From positions 3,360,001 to 3,424,000 of the forward strand of contig OZ242029.1 in assembly GCA_965205015.1 (NCBI GenBank): 64,000 bases of DNA, written 5' to 3'. This document shows, one piece after another, positions 1 through 12,914 of this stretch (position 1 is its first letter; every line of letters begins with the position of its first letter). Under the pieces are notes generated by a model. That model was not told where the DNA came from. It was given only the letters and a program-made list of their open reading frames with translations, and did not search any database. Origin of the DNA: Candidatus Poribacteria bacterium (lineage in GTDB: Bacteria > Poribacteria > WGA-4E > WGA-3G). Made by a program: the position numbers and the translations under genes.

Positions 1-506
1 TATGTGACACGGCTGAAGGTATTGTGAACATCGCCAATTACAACTGTCCCGGACAATTGGTAATCTCTGGCGAAATCGAAGCTGTCAACCACGTTCTCGA
101 ACTTGCTAAAGCCGAGATTGGTGCAAGACGGTGTCGTCCGTTGCCAGTCAGTGGGGCGTTTCATTCGCCACTCATGGCATCCGCGCAACAGAAATTCGCA
201 GCGCCACTTGAATCGGTGACGATGCAACCACCGAACGTCGATATTGCGATGAATGTAACGGGTGAGTTCGCCACAGATGCAGATGATATCAGAAACCTCC
301 TATTTCAACAGATAACGCGACCTGTCCAGTGGGAAAAAACATTGCAGACTCTTGAGAAAATCGGTATTACGCATTTTGTGGAGGTCGGACCGGGCAAAGT
401 TTTGTCCGGTTTGGTGAAACGGACCTTGCCAGAAAGTAGTGCTGTGAACGTTGAAGATATTGAAACGCTATCTCATGTAAAAGATGAACACGGGAGTGGT
501 GGGTAA
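1..506 (+). CDS. fabD: Malonyl-CoA:ACP transacylase, 5'-truncated by window edge
   Basis: ANYNCPGQLVISG, VSGAFHS, EVGPGKVL motifs; precedes fabG-acpP-fabF. Confidence 0.95.
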   Translation, partial: CDTAEGIVNIANYNCPGQLVISGEIEAVNHVLELAKAEIGARRCRPLPVSGAFHSPLMASAQQKFAAPLESVTMQPPNVDIAMNVTGEFATDADDIRNLLFQQITRPVQWEKTLQTLEKIGITHFVEVGPGKVLSGLVKRTLPESSAVNVEDIETLSHVKDEHGSGG

Positions 507-510
507 AAAA

Positions 511-1287
511 ATGCGTGAAACAACGGAACAAAGTGCCTTTAGAGCAGATGTGCTGAGTGGCAAAACCGCAATCGTTACAGGTGCGTCGCGGGGTATTGGG
601 GCAGCGATTGCACATAGGCTCTGCGAAGCCGGGGCAAATGTCGTGCTCTGCTCTCGTTCCGCCGAAGCAGTCGGACAGATCGCTGATATACTGCAAGGAA
701 CAGGCTATACTGTACTCTCAATGGCTGCTGACATTTCCCAAAAGGCGGATGTTGACGCCCTCATTGAAAAGACGATTGCACAGTTTTCGCACATTGATAT
801 TCTCGTGAACAACGCAGGGATTACCCGTGATACGTTGCTCATGCGCCTCAAAGATCAGGACTGGGACACTGTTGTACAGACAAATCTGACGGGTACGATG
901 TACTGTACCCGGGCGGTCCTTCGCCCTATGATCCGTCAGAAAAGTGGACGTATTATCAACATCTCGTCAGTTGTTGGATTATCGGGAAACGCGGGACAGG
1001 CAAATTATGCCGCTGCGAAGGCAGGCATTATCGGTTTGACGAAGGCTACCGCGAAAGAGGTTGGTGCGCGTGGTATCACGGTCAATGCTATCGCTCCTGG
1101 CTTTATCACGACAGATATGACAGCACGAATACCGGAACAGAATCAGCAGCAACTGCTTGAACTGATTCCACTACGGGAATTTGGGCGCCCAGATGATGTG
1201 GCAGATGCCGTCTGTTTTTTGGCATCGGATGCTGCACGTTATATCACCGGCCAAACACTTCAAGTTGACGGTGGTATGGTGATGTAA
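511..1287 (+). CDS. fabG: 3-oxoacyl-ACP reductase
   Basis: TGASRGIG, NNAGITRD, YAAAK SDR motifs; ATG 511 chosen just after the fabD stop. Confidence 0.95.
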   Translation: MRETTEQSAFRADVLSGKTAIVTGASRGIGAAIAHRLCEAGANVVLCSRSAEAVGQIADILQGTGYTVLSMAADISQKADVDALIEKTIAQFSHIDILVNNAGITRDTLLMRLKDQDWDTVVQTNLTGTMYCTRAVLRPMIRQKSGRIINISSVVGLSGNAGQANYAAAKAGIIGLTKATAKEVGARGITVNAIAPGFITTDMTARIPEQNQQQLLELIPLREFGRPDDVADAVCFLASDAARYITGQTLQVDGGMVM

Positions 1288-1290
1288 TTC

Positions 1291-1379
1291 ATCGGCTCTC
1301 GGTTCTCGGCTCTCGGTTCTCGGCTCTCGAAAATCAAGGGGTTTTCTTGCCGACAGCTGATGGCTGACTGCCGACAGCC
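1291..1379. repeat. Heptamer-tandem inverted repeat element (TCGGYTC)n ... (CYGAYRG)n
   Basis: Tandem 7-mers followed by reverse-complement-like 7-mers, intergenic. Confidence 0.75.
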
Positions 1380-1408
1380 ATAATTTAGAGGAGATCAGAC
1401 AAACACTT

Positions 1409-1642
1409 ATGGCAACAAACCAAGAACGCCTCATCGAAATTATCGCAAAACAACTCGGTGTTGAAGAAGATAATGTCACTCCAGATGCCTCCTTTATGGA
1501 GGACCTGGGTGCTGATTCACTTGATACTGTTGAACTGGTCATGGCACTTGAAGAGGAATTCGACATCGAAATCCCAGACAGTGATGCGGAGAAAATCCAG
1601 ACTGTTCAAGATGCCCTGAGTTACCTGGACGAACACGTTTAG
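1409..1642 (+). CDS. acpP: Acyl carrier protein
   Basis: [20 protein letters not shown]. Confidence 0.98.
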   Translation: MATNQERLIEIIAKQLGVEEDNVTPDASFMEDLGADSLDTVELVMALEEEFDIEIPDSDAEKIQTVQDALSYLDEHV

Positions 1643-1651
1643 GTTAAGGTA

Positions 1652-1761
1652 TATCGTCTATCAGTTGTCGGTCTTCAGTCTTCGGTCGTCAGTTAAAGAA
1701 GGGTTTGATTGCATCAGAACCTTACTTTTAACGGATAACGGATAACTGATAACTGACAACT
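1652..1761. repeat. Heptamer-tandem inverted repeat element (TATCAGT-like ... CTGATAA-like)
   Basis: tatcagt/tgtcggt/cttcagt left arm, ggataac/tgataac/tgacaac right arm, central imperfect hairpin. Confidence 0.8.
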
Positions 1762-1785
1762 ATTCTACAAAAAAGGATCGGTCTC

Positions 1786-3024
1786 GTGGAGCGTGTAGTT
1801 ATTACAGGAATCGGCGTTGTCAATGCAATTGGCAATACGAAAGAAGAATATTGGGATGCGCTTGCTATCGGTAAAAACGGAATCGGACCTTTAACCTATT
1901 TTGATGCCTCTGAGCATCGCACCCAAATCGCCGGAGAGGTTAAGAGCTTCCAAGCGGAACAGTATATGGACCGCCGAGCCGCGTCCAGATTACCGCTGTT
2001 CATTCAGTACGCGCTTGCCGCCTCAATTATGGCACACGAGGATGCGGGTTTGGAACTCGACACCGTTGACCCTTACCGGGCAGGGGTCCAAATGGGTTCA
2101 GGGATTGGCGGCATCGGTGTCCTTGAAGATAACGCGAAACTCCTCGCTGAGAAGGGCGCGAAGCGCGTGAGTCCATTCCTTGTCCCCTATATGATTATTA
2201 ACATGGCGGCAGGACAGGTCTCCATCCATTTTAACCTCAAGGGTCCTAATTCTACGTCCGTCACTGCGTGTGCAAGTGCGAACCATTCTATCGGTGATTC
2301 GTTTCGTATCATTCAACGCGGTGAAGCGGACGTGATGTTTACTGGTGGAACGGAATCGGCGATTACCCCCTTAGCTTTTGCTGGGTTCTGTTCAATGCGC
2401 GCTATGTCTGCTCGAAATCATGAGCCTGAACGCGCCTCGCGCCCGTTTACGAAGGACCGGGATGGCTTTGTGATGGGTGATGGTGCTGGGGTCCTAATTC
2501 TCGAATCGTTATCACACGCCAGCGCGCGCGGGGCCTATATCTACGCGGAAATGGTCGGCTACGGAATGACCTCGGACGCACACGATATGGTAAGCCCACC
2601 TGAGAACGGTGAGGGGGCGGCAAAAGCGATGGAATTTGCAATCCAAGATGCAAAATTGCCGCTGGATGCCGTCGATTATATCAACGCGCACGGCACCTCG
2701 ACACCGATCGGCGATATTGCTGAGACGAACGCCATTAAAACTCTTTTCGGTGAACGTGCCTACAAAATTCCTGTCAGTTCTACCAAATCCATGATTGGTC
2801 ATTTGCTCGGTGCAGCGGGTGCCGTAGAACTCATCGCCTGTTTGGGTGGGATGGGAAAAGGCTTCCTGCCACCGACTATCAACTACGATATGCCGGACGA
2901 AGCCTGCGACTTGGACTATGTTCCAAACGAAAGTCGCGATGCAACGATTGATGTCGCACTCTCTAACGCGTTCGGTTTCGGTGGACACAACACCTCTATC
3001 GCCATCCGCAAATTCTCGGATTAG
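1786..3024 (+). CDS. fabF: Beta-ketoacyl-ACP synthase II
   Basis: [29 protein letters not shown]. Confidence 0.97.
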   Translation: MERVVITGIGVVNAIGNTKEEYWDALAIGKNGIGPLTYFDASEHRTQIAGEVKSFQAEQYMDRRAASRLPLFIQYALAASIMAHEDAGLELDTVDPYRAGVQMGSGIGGIGVLEDNAKLLAEKGAKRVSPFLVPYMIINMAAGQVSIHFNLKGPNSTSVTACASANHSIGDSFRIIQRGEADVMFTGGTESAITPLAFAGFCSMRAMSARNHEPERASRPFTKDRDGFVMGDGAGVLILESLSHASARGAYIYAEMVGYGMTSDAHDMVSPPENGEGAAKAMEFAIQDAKLPLDAVDYINAHGTSTPIGDIAETNAIKTLFGERAYKIPVSSTKSMIGHLLGAAGAVELIACLGGMGKGFLPPTINYDMPDEACDLDYVPNESRDATIDVALSNAFGFGGHNTSIAIRKFSD

Positions 3025-3067
3025 ACAGATGAGCGAAAGTGCAAAATACATGAGGAACTCTTAGTGA

Positions 3068-3634
3068 GTGTTTAATCAGTTTGCGGCATTCACGCATCGC
3101 CCGGGTTCAGCCATGTTGTTATCAACCCCAAACTCCTTGCACGTAGCCTATATTGGTTTTGGAAGCAACATCGGTGACCGTCTGGCACATATCCAAAATG
3201 CCATCCATACGCTATCAAAAACGGAGGGAATCACCTTAAAAAAGGTTTCCTCCATCTATACGACTGATCCGATCGGTTATGAATCCCAAGCACAGTTTCT
3301 GAACGGTGTCGCCGCTATCCAAACCTCCCTTTCTCCCCGCTCCTTGCTACATACCTTAAAAGACATTGAGACCACTATTGGCAGAAAACACCGTATCCGC
3401 TGGGGTCCGAGAGAGATTGACTTGGACATATTAATCTACGGAGATGTGTGTGTTCAAACAGAGAAACTCGTCATTCCGCATCCGGAGATGCATCTCCGCG
3501 GTTTCGTATTGGTCCCGTTAGCGGAGATCGCGCCGGATCTTGTGCATCCAGTCTTTCAGGAAACTATTCAAACCCTTCTCAATCGCCTTGAAGATAGCAA
3601 ATCCGTTCTAAAAGAAGAATATTGTATTTTATAG
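3068..3634 (+). CDS. folK: 2-amino-4-hydroxy-6-hydroxymethyldihydropteridine diphosphokinase (start uncertain)
   Basis: [38 protein letters not shown]. Confidence 0.95.
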   Translation: MFNQFAAFTHRPGSAMLLSTPNSLHVAYIGFGSNIGDRLAHIQNAIHTLSKTEGITLKKVSSIYTTDPIGYESQAQFLNGVAAIQTSLSPRSLLHTLKDIETTIGRKHRIRWGPREIDLDILIYGDVCVQTEKLVIPHPEMHLRGFVLVPLAEIAPDLVHPVFQETIQTLLNRLEDSKSVLKEEYCIL

Positions 3635-3767
3635 TTCCGTAGCGGCAGAACTACGTTCCCTTTCAGAAGAATTCCTACGAACCAAAGACTTGCTTTAAAT
3701 TTCCGCATAAATATAGTTTTCACTTTCTGAACAGATTTTGATCCCGATGTCAACGCACCTGAAAAAC

Positions 3768-3796
3768 TTGCAATTTTCTCTTAAGTATAGTATAAT
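3768..3796 (+). promoter_or_regulatory. Sigma70-type promoter for sucC
   Basis: TTGCAA-N17-TATAAT. Confidence 0.65.
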
Positions 3797-3881
3797 TTCT
3801 AAATGCGTGAGTCCGAAACACGTAGACATAATACACCAGTAATTACAAGTGCTAAAGGAGTTTAAGGAAAGTTTTACAAAG

Positions 3882-5066
3882 ATGAACATTCACGAATACC
3901 AAGCCAGACAACTCTTAGAATCCTATGGTGTCAATACGCTACCGGGTAAGGTCGCCGAGACGCCAGAGGAAGCCGAAGCCATCGCACAGGAGCTCAATTG
4001 CCCAAAATACGTTATTAAGGCACAAATACATGCTGGGGGTCGCGGGAAAGGCGGCGGCGTCAAACTTGCAGATTCACCCGCCGAAGTTAAACAGCGTGCA
4101 GATGCCATTCTCGGGATGCAGCTCGTGACACCCCAGACCGGTCCTGAAGGGAAACTCGTCCGTAAGGTGCTAATCGCTGAAGCTGCGGAAATAGAGAAAG
4201 AATTCTACCTCGCCATTTTACTTGATCGAGAAACATCCCGACTCACCTTAATCGGAAGCGAAGAGGGGGGTGTTAACATTGAGGAAGTTGCGGCAGAAAC
4301 CCCTGAAAAAATTATTCGGACGGAGGTGCATCCAGCCTTCGGGTTAACTGAGTTCCAAGCGCGGGAGTTTGCATACAAACTCATCACCGATGTAGACTAC
4401 CGTTCGGTTATCCCAAGCGCCACCCAATTGATTTTGTCGCTTTACAGTGCGTTTATTGCATGCGACTGTTCGTTGGTAGAGATTAATCCCTTGGCTATTG
4501 TAAAAACGGATGACGCATTAGACATTGTCGCACTCGATTCCAAGGTAAACCTTGATGACAATTCACTCTGGCGACATTCCGATATAGCGGAGATGCGCGA
4601 TCCACACGAAGAAGATCCGAGTGAATTAGAAGCAAGCGAATCGGGTTTAAGTTACATCCGTCTCGATGGTGATATCGGTTGCATGGTGAACGGGGCAGGC
4701 CTCGCTATGGCAACCATGGACATTATCAAACAGAACGGTGGCGAACCGGCAAACTTTCTTGATGTCGGTGGTGGCGCATCTGTAGAGGCAGTTGCCCACG
4801 CTTTCCGTCTCATCCTTGCAGACGAAAATGTGAAGGCTGTCCTCGTGAACATCTTTGGCGGCATCATGAAATGCGATACAATCGCAAACGGTATCGTTGA
4901 AGCCGCGAAGCAGGTTGAACTCAATGTTCCCCTTGTGGTTCGGTTAGAAGGGACGAACGTGGAACTTGGAAAACAGATCATTGCTGAATCGGATTTGAAC
5001 GTTCAACAATCAGCAGGTCTCTCTGAAGCGGCGCAGCTGGCAGTGGAGGCGGCGAACGCTGCATAA
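3882..5066 (+). CDS. sucC: Succinyl-CoA ligase beta subunit
   Basis: MNIHEYQ, KAQIHAGGRGKGGGV, NGAGLAMATMD, NFLDVGGG. Confidence 0.97.
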   Translation: MNIHEYQARQLLESYGVNTLPGKVAETPEEAEAIAQELNCPKYVIKAQIHAGGRGKGGGVKLADSPAEVKQRADAILGMQLVTPQTGPEGKLVRKVLIAEAAEIEKEFYLAILLDRETSRLTLIGSEEGGVNIEEVAAETPEKIIRTEVHPAFGLTEFQAREFAYKLITDVDYRSVIPSATQLILSLYSAFIACDCSLVEINPLAIVKTDDALDIVALDSKVNLDDNSLWRHSDIAEMRDPHEEDPSELEASESGLSYIRLDGDIGCMVNGAGLAMATMDIIKQNGGEPANFLDVGGGASVEAVAHAFRLILADENVKAVLVNIFGGIMKCDTIANGIVEAAKQVELNVPLVVRLEGTNVELGKQIIAESDLNVQQSAGLSEAAQLAVEAANAA

Positions 5067-5114
5067 TGATACGGCATTTGGCGACATAACCGTCCGAAAT
5101 CCGTAAATTAAAAA

Positions 5115-6314
5115 ATGGAAAAACTTGAATTAAAGGACATAGACGTTGGTGGGAAACGCGTTCTCGTACGGGTGGACTTCAATGTTCCAATGAAAGATGG
5201 GAAGATTACAGATGAAACCCGTATCACCGCCGCTTTGCCGACACTTTTGGCACTCATCAACGCCGATGCCAAAATTATCCTTGTAACGCATTTGGGCAGG
5301 CCCGAGGTGGGGTCGGCAGCTGACTGGGAAACACTCTCGACTGAACCGATCGCTGTCGCTCTCAGCCGCAAACTCGGTACACGGGTTACACATGTCAACG
5401 ATTGCGTTGGTGAGTCGGTGCAAACTGCCGTTGCGTCAATGCGTAACGGAGAAGTTCTGCTCCTTGAAAATGTTCGGTTCTATGCCGAGGAAACTGCGAA
5501 CGACACGGCATTCGCTGCGCAACTTGCCTCACTCGCGGACGTCTATGTGAACGATGCATTCGGTACAGCACATCGTGCCCATGCCTCAACCGAGGGAGTG
5601 ACGCACCATCTGAGTCCGTGTGCCGTTGGGCTTTTGATGGCACGTGAAATCTATTATCTCAGCACCACCCTTGAAGATCCTGCACGTCCATACATTGCTA
5701 TCCTCGGTGGTGCGAAAATTTCCGACAAAATCACACTGATCGAGAACCTCCTCGGAAAGGTTGATAAACTTCTTATCGGTGGCGGTATGGCATATACATT
5801 TCTGTCGGCGTTGGGCTTCACTGTTGGGAACTCAATTGTCGAGACTGAAAAACTTGACGTTGCAAAATCGTTAGTCGAAAGGGAAGACTTCTCGGATTCT
5901 GTCCTGCTCCCCATCGATCATGTCGTGGGTAAAGCCTTTGACCCTGAAACCGAATCGCAGATTGTGGCCGAAAGTGATATCCCGGGCGGATGGCAAGGAT
6001 TGGATATTGGTCCCGAAACTGTCTCGGCTTTTGGTGGACAGATTGCGACAGCAAAAACCGTCGTGTGGAACGGGCCCTTAGGGGTCTATGAATTTGAGAA
6101 GTTCGCACAAGGCACGATTTCGGTCGCAAAGCGGATTGCCAATTCAGAATCGGTGAGTATTATTGGGGGTGGCGACTGTGTCGCCGCGATACAACAAGCC
6201 GGGGTCGCAGATCGAATGACGCATATCTCAACGGGAGGTGGTGCCTCCTTGGAGTTTTTAGAAGGGAAACTGCTACCCGGGATCGTGGCTTTAACGGATT
6301 CAGAAGGCAGTTAG
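5115..6314 (+). CDS. pgk: Phosphoglycerate kinase
   Basis: RVDFNVP, NDAFGTAHRAHAS, STGGGASLE. Confidence 0.98.
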   Translation: MEKLELKDIDVGGKRVLVRVDFNVPMKDGKITDETRITAALPTLLALINADAKIILVTHLGRPEVGSAADWETLSTEPIAVALSRKLGTRVTHVNDCVGESVQTAVASMRNGEVLLLENVRFYAEETANDTAFAAQLASLADVYVNDAFGTAHRAHASTEGVTHHLSPCAVGLLMAREIYYLSTTLEDPARPYIAILGGAKISDKITLIENLLGKVDKLLIGGGMAYTFLSALGFTVGNSIVETEKLDVAKSLVEREDFSDSVLLPIDHVVGKAFDPETESQIVAESDIPGGWQGLDIGPETVSAFGGQIATAKTVVWNGPLGVYEFEKFAQGTISVAKRIANSESVSIIGGGDCVAAIQQAGVADRMTHISTGGGASLEFLEGKLLPGIVALTDSEGS

Positions 6315-6319
6315 AATGA

Positions 6320-7852
<1,533 letters not shown>

Positions 7853-7855
7853 AAT

Positions 7856-7995
7856 AGTTATCAGTTGTCAGTGCGGGTTGCTACGCAGCCCTTTCAGATG
7901 TCAGTTAAGAGCCGGTATGATTCAGTCAAAAACCGCTTTAACCGACAACTGAAAGCTGATGACCGACGACTCTTAAAACCGAAGACTGAAAACTA
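7856..7995. repeat. Heptamer-tandem inverted repeat element
   Basis: agttatc/agttgtc ... ccgacaa/ctgaaag/ctgatga. Confidence 0.7.
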
Positions 7996-8002
7996 AAAAA
8001 AT

Positions 8003-8884
8003 ATGAGCATACTCGTTAATAAAAATACAAAAGTCCTCGTTCAAGGCATCACAGGTCGTTCTGGACGCTTTCACACAGAGCAGTGTGCAGCTTACGGCAC
8101 CCAGATTGTTGCAGGCGCGGTCCCCGGTAGAGGTGGATCTGATGTGAGTGGTATCCCTGTGTATGACACTGTGGCAGAGGGGGTCGCAGCGACAGGCGCG
8201 GATACCTCGTTGATTTTCGTTCCGGCACATTTCAACGCGGCGGATTCTGTCATGGAAGCAGCGGAAGCAGGCGTTGAACTGATCGTCTGCATCTCTGAGC
8301 ACATTCCTGTTCTCGACATGGTCAAAGCGAAGGCGTATCTTCAAGGGAAGTCAACCCGATTAATCGGACCGAACTGTCCCGGAGTCATCACACCCGGTGA
8401 ATGCAAAATCGGCGTTATGCCTGAGTTTGCCTATACACCCGGCACCGTTGGGATCGTTTCCCGAAGCGGCACCTTGACTTACGAAGCCGCATATCAACTG
8501 AAGCGACTCGGCATTGGGCAGTCCACCTGTGTCGGCATCGGTGGCGATCCGGTGATTGGAACAAACTTCGTTGAGGTCCTCAAGCTTTTTGAAGCGGACG
8601 ACGACACACATGCCGTCGTCTTAATAGGTGAAATCGGGGGAACGGCTGAGGAAAAAGCAGCACAGTTTGTGAAGGACGAAATGACGAAGCCTGTTGTCGG
8701 TTTTATTGCTGGGCAGACCGCACCCCCCGGAAAGCGAATGGGACACGCCGGGGCAATCATCTCCGGGGGGCAAGGCACTGCTCCCGATAAAATTCAGGCA
8801 CTTAAGGATGCTGGGGTCACTGTTGCCGATAGTCTTACCATTATTGGGGAAACTGTTTCAGAGGTGTTGGCTGAGTCCGTCTAA
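8003..8884 (+). CDS. sucD: Succinyl-CoA ligase alpha subunit
   Basis: [27 protein letters not shown]. Confidence 0.97.
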   Translation: MSILVNKNTKVLVQGITGRSGRFHTEQCAAYGTQIVAGAVPGRGGSDVSGIPVYDTVAEGVAATGADTSLIFVPAHFNAADSVMEAAEAGVELIVCISEHIPVLDMVKAKAYLQGKSTRLIGPNCPGVITPGECKIGVMPEFAYTPGTVGIVSRSGTLTYEAAYQLKRLGIGQSTCVGIGGDPVIGTNFVEVLKLFEADDDTHAVVLIGEIGGTAEEKAAQFVKDEMTKPVVGFIAGQTAPPGKRMGHAGAIISGGQGTAPDKIQALKDAGVTVADSLTIIGETVSEVLAESV

Positions 8885-8895
8885 AATTTAGGTTT

Positions 8896-8947
8896 GTAGT
8901 GGCGCAATTCATTGCGCCTTGATAGAAGCGATGCATCGCTTCACTAC
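8896..8947. repeat. GTAG-family REP doublet (REPIN-like)
   Basis: GTAGT-GGCGCAAT..ATTGCGCC ... GAAGCGAT..ATCGCTTC-ACTAC. Confidence 0.6.
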
Positions 8948-9020
8948 GAACCATTCTTCTCACTATTTGAAGGTGGACACTCCTGTCGTGGAGCAGTGAC
9001 CAAAGTTAACGGGTAAAGAA

Positions 9021-9851
9021 ATGAAAAAAGACATCGCTTACCTACAGACCAAAAAACAGGAACGGCAACCGATTACTGTGCTAACCTGTTACGACTATCC
9101 TACCGCTTGTCTGCAAGACGAAGCAGGTATTGATATCGTCTTCGTTGGCGATAGCGTTGGAACCAACGTTCTCGGGTATAAAAACGAGACAGAGGTGACG
9201 ATGGGAGATATGCGTCACCATCTCAAAGCGGTGCGCCGCGGTGTGACAGATGCCTATCTCCTCGTTGATATGCCCTATGCCGCAGATCGCGACGTGTCGC
9301 AAGCCATCACCAATGCGAAGTGCTTTATATCCGATGGAGCAGATGGTGTTAAATTGGAAGGTGGCCCAGAAAAGGTACCCATTGTTACCGCACTCACTGA
9401 GCACGGTATAGACACCTGTGCACACATCGGTCACAATCCGCAAATCCATGGGACCAAGGCATCAACCCACGGAAAAACCTTTGCCAAAGCGAAAAGCCTT
9501 ATTGAAGCCGCAGAAGCACTCGCAGCTGCTGGCGCGAAACTCATCGTCCTTGAGAAAATTACTGAAGAGGTCAGTCAGATTATAACGAATAGACTCAGTA
9601 TTCCGACCATCGGTATTGGTGCAGGTCGATTCTGTGACGGGCAAGTGCTCGTTGTTAACGATATATTGGGCATAGGTCCCCCCCTCAAACACGCCAAACG
9701 CTATCAAGATTATAGTCACCTGACTTTTGAGGCGATCTGCCAATACAAGAGAGAGGTAGCGAATGGCGCATTTCCTACAGACGCGAACACCTCACACATC
9801 CCACCTGATAAACTTGAGCGACTGCAGAAGTGGCTAAAATCAACGCCCTAA
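9021..9851 (+). CDS. panB: 3-methyl-2-oxobutanoate hydroxymethyltransferase
   Basis: TCYD, VGDSVG, VKLEGG, GIGAG..CDGQVLV. Confidence 0.95.
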   Translation: MKKDIAYLQTKKQERQPITVLTCYDYPTACLQDEAGIDIVFVGDSVGTNVLGYKNETEVTMGDMRHHLKAVRRGVTDAYLLVDMPYAADRDVSQAITNAKCFISDGADGVKLEGGPEKVPIVTALTEHGIDTCAHIGHNPQIHGTKASTHGKTFAKAKSLIEAAEALAAAGAKLIVLEKITEEVSQIITNRLSIPTIGIGAGRFCDGQVLVVNDILGIGPPLKHAKRYQDYSHLTFEAICQYKREVANGAFPTDANTSHIPPDKLERLQKWLKSTP

Positions 9852-9902
9852 ATCGCTTGAGGGCAGAATCCACCCGTCCACAGGACTGCTGCTTTCATCG
9901 AA

Positions 9903-10670
9903 TTATGCTTCCAGAGGCACTACGTCGGCATAGACGTAGGTGGGTGAAGTGTTCCTGTTTGCGTGAATCTTGTCATTGCTGTCTTTCTGAGAAACAATGT
10001 CTCTCTGGACAACTTTACCCGGTTTCGCGGCAACAGGCGAACTAAACATCGGTCCATCAACAACACATGTATGGAACTCACCGTTTTCACCGAGCGGATC
10101 CACCCCATCGGGTAAATCGGCAAGGAGTTCGGCATCGAACCAACGTCCTGCGAAATCGGCAGGAACCTTGGTCGGATTGAGGGCAGTGATAATGGCACGC
10201 ATGCCGGAAGTGATCATTTTTTCAGCGAGTTGTGTTGTGTTTTCTCCCCATACCGGAAAAATCGGTGTGAAACCGGTTCCGCGTAATTTGTCTTCTCGGT
10301 ATTCACGGATGTCTTCTAAGAACAGATCCCCGAAAGCGAAATGCGATGTTCCCTGATGTTCGGGTAACGCTTCCACTTCAGCGAGAAATTTTCGCATCGC
10401 CTCTTCATAGATCGCATTGGAACAGGGATAGGGGATCGGTATTTCATACAATGGCACTCCAAGTTTCTCCGCTTGCTGTTTGAGCACCCACGCCGGCGTA
10501 GAGTGGATGGAGACGCGATCAAATGTCTTTGTGACAGTCGTAAAAATACCCCGCACCTCGTAGCGTTCCGGCTCCTGACGGAGTGTATGAAGTGCCCATG
10601 CAGAATCTTTGCCCGAGGACCAAGAGACAAAGACTGGGACAGGAGTCGTGTCGTTCGTCTGTTTTGTCAT
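9903..10670 (-). CDS. Adenine nucleotide alpha-hydrolase (Dph6-like ATP pyrophosphatase)
   Basis: SWSSGKDS PP-loop, FGDLFLED, GENGEFHT. Confidence 0.85.
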   Translation of the reverse strand: MTKQTNDTTPVPVFVSWSSGKDSAWALHTLRQEPERYEVRGIFTTVTKTFDRVSIHSTPAWVLKQQAEKLGVPLYEIPIPYPCSNAIYEEAMRKFLAEVEALPEHQGTSHFAFGDLFLEDIREYREDKLRGTGFTPIFPVWGENTTQLAEKMITSGMRAIITALNPTKVPADFAGRWFDAELLADLPDGVDPLGENGEFHTCVVDGPMFSSPVAAKPGKVVQRDIVSQKDSNDKIHANRNTSPTYVYADVVPLEA

Positions 10671-10700
10671 ATTTAAACCTTTCTATTTTTAAGCCCGCGT

Positions 10701-11264
10701 CTACAATGCCAAAAAATTGGAGAGTAAACTCTTTCCAGCAGTCGTCAAAATCGACTCTGGATGGAACTGCACGCCCCAAATAGGTAGCGTTTTATGCCGA
10801 AGCCCCATGATTTCATCCTGATCTGTCCAAGCGGTGATCTCAAGGCAATCTGGTAATGTATCCCTTTTTACGATCAGTGAATGGTATCGCGTGGCTTCAA
10901 ATGGATTGTCCAATCCCTCGAAAAGTTCGACCGCATTATGTTCAATCATTGAGGTTTTCCCGTGCATCAACCGGTCTGCTCTAACGACGTCACCACCGAA
11001 TACGTCTCCGATGCACTGGTGACCAAGACAGACCCCCAAAATCGGAACTTTGCCAGCGAAGTGTTTTATTGCATCGTTAGATATACCGGCTTCTTTCGGC
11101 GTGCAAGGACCCGGTGAGATGACAATCCGTTCAGGTTTGAGGGTATCTAAGGCGTCTAATCCTATTTTTCGACTCCGATGCACCTCCAATTCAGCACCGA
11201 GTTCACCGAGATACTGCACTAAATTATAGGTGAAGGAGTCGTAGTTATCAATCATTAAGACCAT
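10701..11264 (-). CDS. trpG: Anthranilate synthase component II (glutamine amidotransferase)
   Basis: [27 protein letters not shown]; follows trpE. Confidence 0.93.
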   Translation of the reverse strand: MVLMIDNYDSFTYNLVQYLGELGAELEVHRSRKIGLDALDTLKPERIVISPGPCTPKEAGISNDAIKHFAGKVPILGVCLGHQCIGDVFGGDVVRADRLMHGKTSMIEHNAVELFEGLDNPFEATRYHSLIVKRDTLPDCLEITAWTDQDEIMGLRHKTLPIWGVQFHPESILTTAGKSLLSNFLAL

Positions 11265-11295
11265 CTTTTCGTCTCCTTTTTGTTAGAGGCAGCCA

Positions 11296-12798
11296 TCACA
11301 ATAGAAAACCCTGTTCTGCTAAAGCAATGGCACTGAGCATAGCTCGCGCTTTACTCAAGGTTTCGTAATACTCCGTTTCAGGCACAGAATCCGCGACAAT
11401 GCCAGCACCCGCTTGCACATAAGCCGTGCTATCTTTGATAACCGCCGTTCGGATCGTAATCGCTGTGTCTGTGCTGCCAGAGAAACTGAAGTACCCGACC
11501 GCGCCTCCGTAAGTCCCGCGGCGTGTCGATTCGAGTTCATCAATGATTTCCATTGCCCGGACCTTCGGGGCACCTGAAAGGGTGCCTGCGGGGAGGCAGG
11601 CTCGGATCACATCGAAAGCCGTGACATGCTCACGGAGTTTCCCGATCACGTGTGAAACGATGTGCATCACGTGTGAGAAGCGTTCAACTATCATGAGATC
11701 GGTCACTTCAACCGTCCGATACTCGCAGACGCGCCCGAAGTCGTTGCGTCCTAAATCAACGAGCATGACGTGCTCTGCGCGTTCTTTCGGATCTGCGAGG
11801 AGTGACCGTTCCATCTCAAGGTCCTCCTCCGTCGTTTTGCCACGCGGGCGAGTTCCGGCAAGTGGGCGATGCTGAGCGAGTCCATCCTCTACCCGTACCA
11901 TCATCTCCGGGGAGGCACCTACAATATCAAAACTCTCCAGTTTCAGATAATACATGTAAGGCGATGGGTTGACGATCCGCAATGCACGATACACCTCGAA
12001 TGAATCTGCAGATACTGGACAACTCAACCGCTGCGAAATTACCGCTTGGATGATGTCGCCTGCGGCGATGTATTCTTTCGCACGCCGAACCGCGGTTTCG
12101 TAGCCTGACTTTGTGAAATTCGATTGCGGATCGGATAGGATTTCATCATACCCGTCTTGAGACTCGCTACGCGCGCTGCCGACATGCGCTTCGGAAGTCG
12201 CTGTGAGTTTCTCGACCAATGCCTCAATTTTCGCAAGAGCCTCCGCATAAGCCGCGTCCACGTCTCCATCAATATGCGCGTTCGCCACAACCTTGATCTG
12301 ATGGTTCACATGATCGAATATCAAGAGCGTTTCGGCAATCATGAAGAAACAGTCGGGCAGCTGCAGATCATCTTCGGTATTATCTGGCAGTTCCTCGACG
12401 AACCGCACCATATCGTAACTCATATAACCCACCGCGCCCCCGTGAAATTTGGGTAGTTCTGCATTGTGAACAGGTCGGTAATCCTGCATCAATTCCTCGA
12501 GCGCACGCAACGGATCTTCATATTCCTGAACGACGGTTTCGCCTTTTTCCAAGTACTCAATGGTAACCTGATGCCCTTTACTCTGGAAAAGCACTGAGGG
12601 TTGGCTCCCCAAAAAAGAGTAACGCGCAAGATTTTCACCCCCCTCAACGCTTTCAAGCAAGAACACATAATTATCTGGCATCAACTTGTAAAAAGCAGAC
12701 ACCGGTGTCTCCATATCCGCCAAAATCGATCGGTATACCGGTATCGTGTTTCCTGATTTCGCTGCCTCGCGAAAATCTTCCAACGTAGGATAATACAT
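11296..12798 (-). CDS. trpE: Anthranilate synthase component I
   Basis: LLESVEGG, NPSPYMY, AEHVMLVDLGRND, GTLSGAPK. Confidence 0.95.
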   Translation of the reverse strand: MYYPTLEDFREAAKSGNTIPVYRSILADMETPVSAFYKLMPDNYVFLLESVEGGENLARYSFLGSQPSVLFQSKGHQVTIEYLEKGETVVQEYEDPLRALEELMQDYRPVHNAELPKFHGGAVGYMSYDMVRFVEELPDNTEDDLQLPDCFFMIAETLLIFDHVNHQIKVVANAHIDGDVDAAYAEALAKIEALVEKLTATSEAHVGSARSESQDGYDEILSDPQSNFTKSGYETAVRRAKEYIAAGDIIQAVISQRLSCPVSADSFEVYRALRIVNPSPYMYYLKLESFDIVGASPEMMVRVEDGLAQHRPLAGTRPRGKTTEEDLEMERSLLADPKERAEHVMLVDLGRNDFGRVCEYRTVEVTDLMIVERFSHVMHIVSHVIGKLREHVTAFDVIRACLPAGTLSGAPKVRAMEIIDELESTRRGTYGGAVGYFSFSGSTDTAITIRTAVIKDSTAYVQAGAGIVADSVPETEYYETLSKARAMLSAIALAEQGFLL

Positions 12799-12884
12799 AT
12801 TTTAAATTTTCCTTGCGGTTCGGTCAGGTGCGTCTGGAATTCACGTTCTTATCCGTATGTCCGCCTGCGTATTGTTGCAGGCTC
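12799..12884 (-). repeat. Dispersed ~90-nt 'CCGCAAGG' element, copy A (abuts trpE start)
   Basis: GCCTGCAACAA..CGCAGGCG hairpin ... CCGAACCGCAAGG-AAAATTTAAAAT-ATG. Confidence 0.8.
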
Positions 12885-12914
12885 GGTTTTTTAAACTGAC
12901 GAACCTATTAGGGT

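Noticed and set aside
2512-3051. Many antisense/overlapping ORFs of 60-210 aa across the window
   Set aside because: Shadows of well-supported genes with no motifs
12799-12884. CCGCAAGG elements as integron attC sites or group II intron ends
   Set aside because: No RYYYAAC/GTTRRRY cores and no domain V consensus; no integrase or RT in the window
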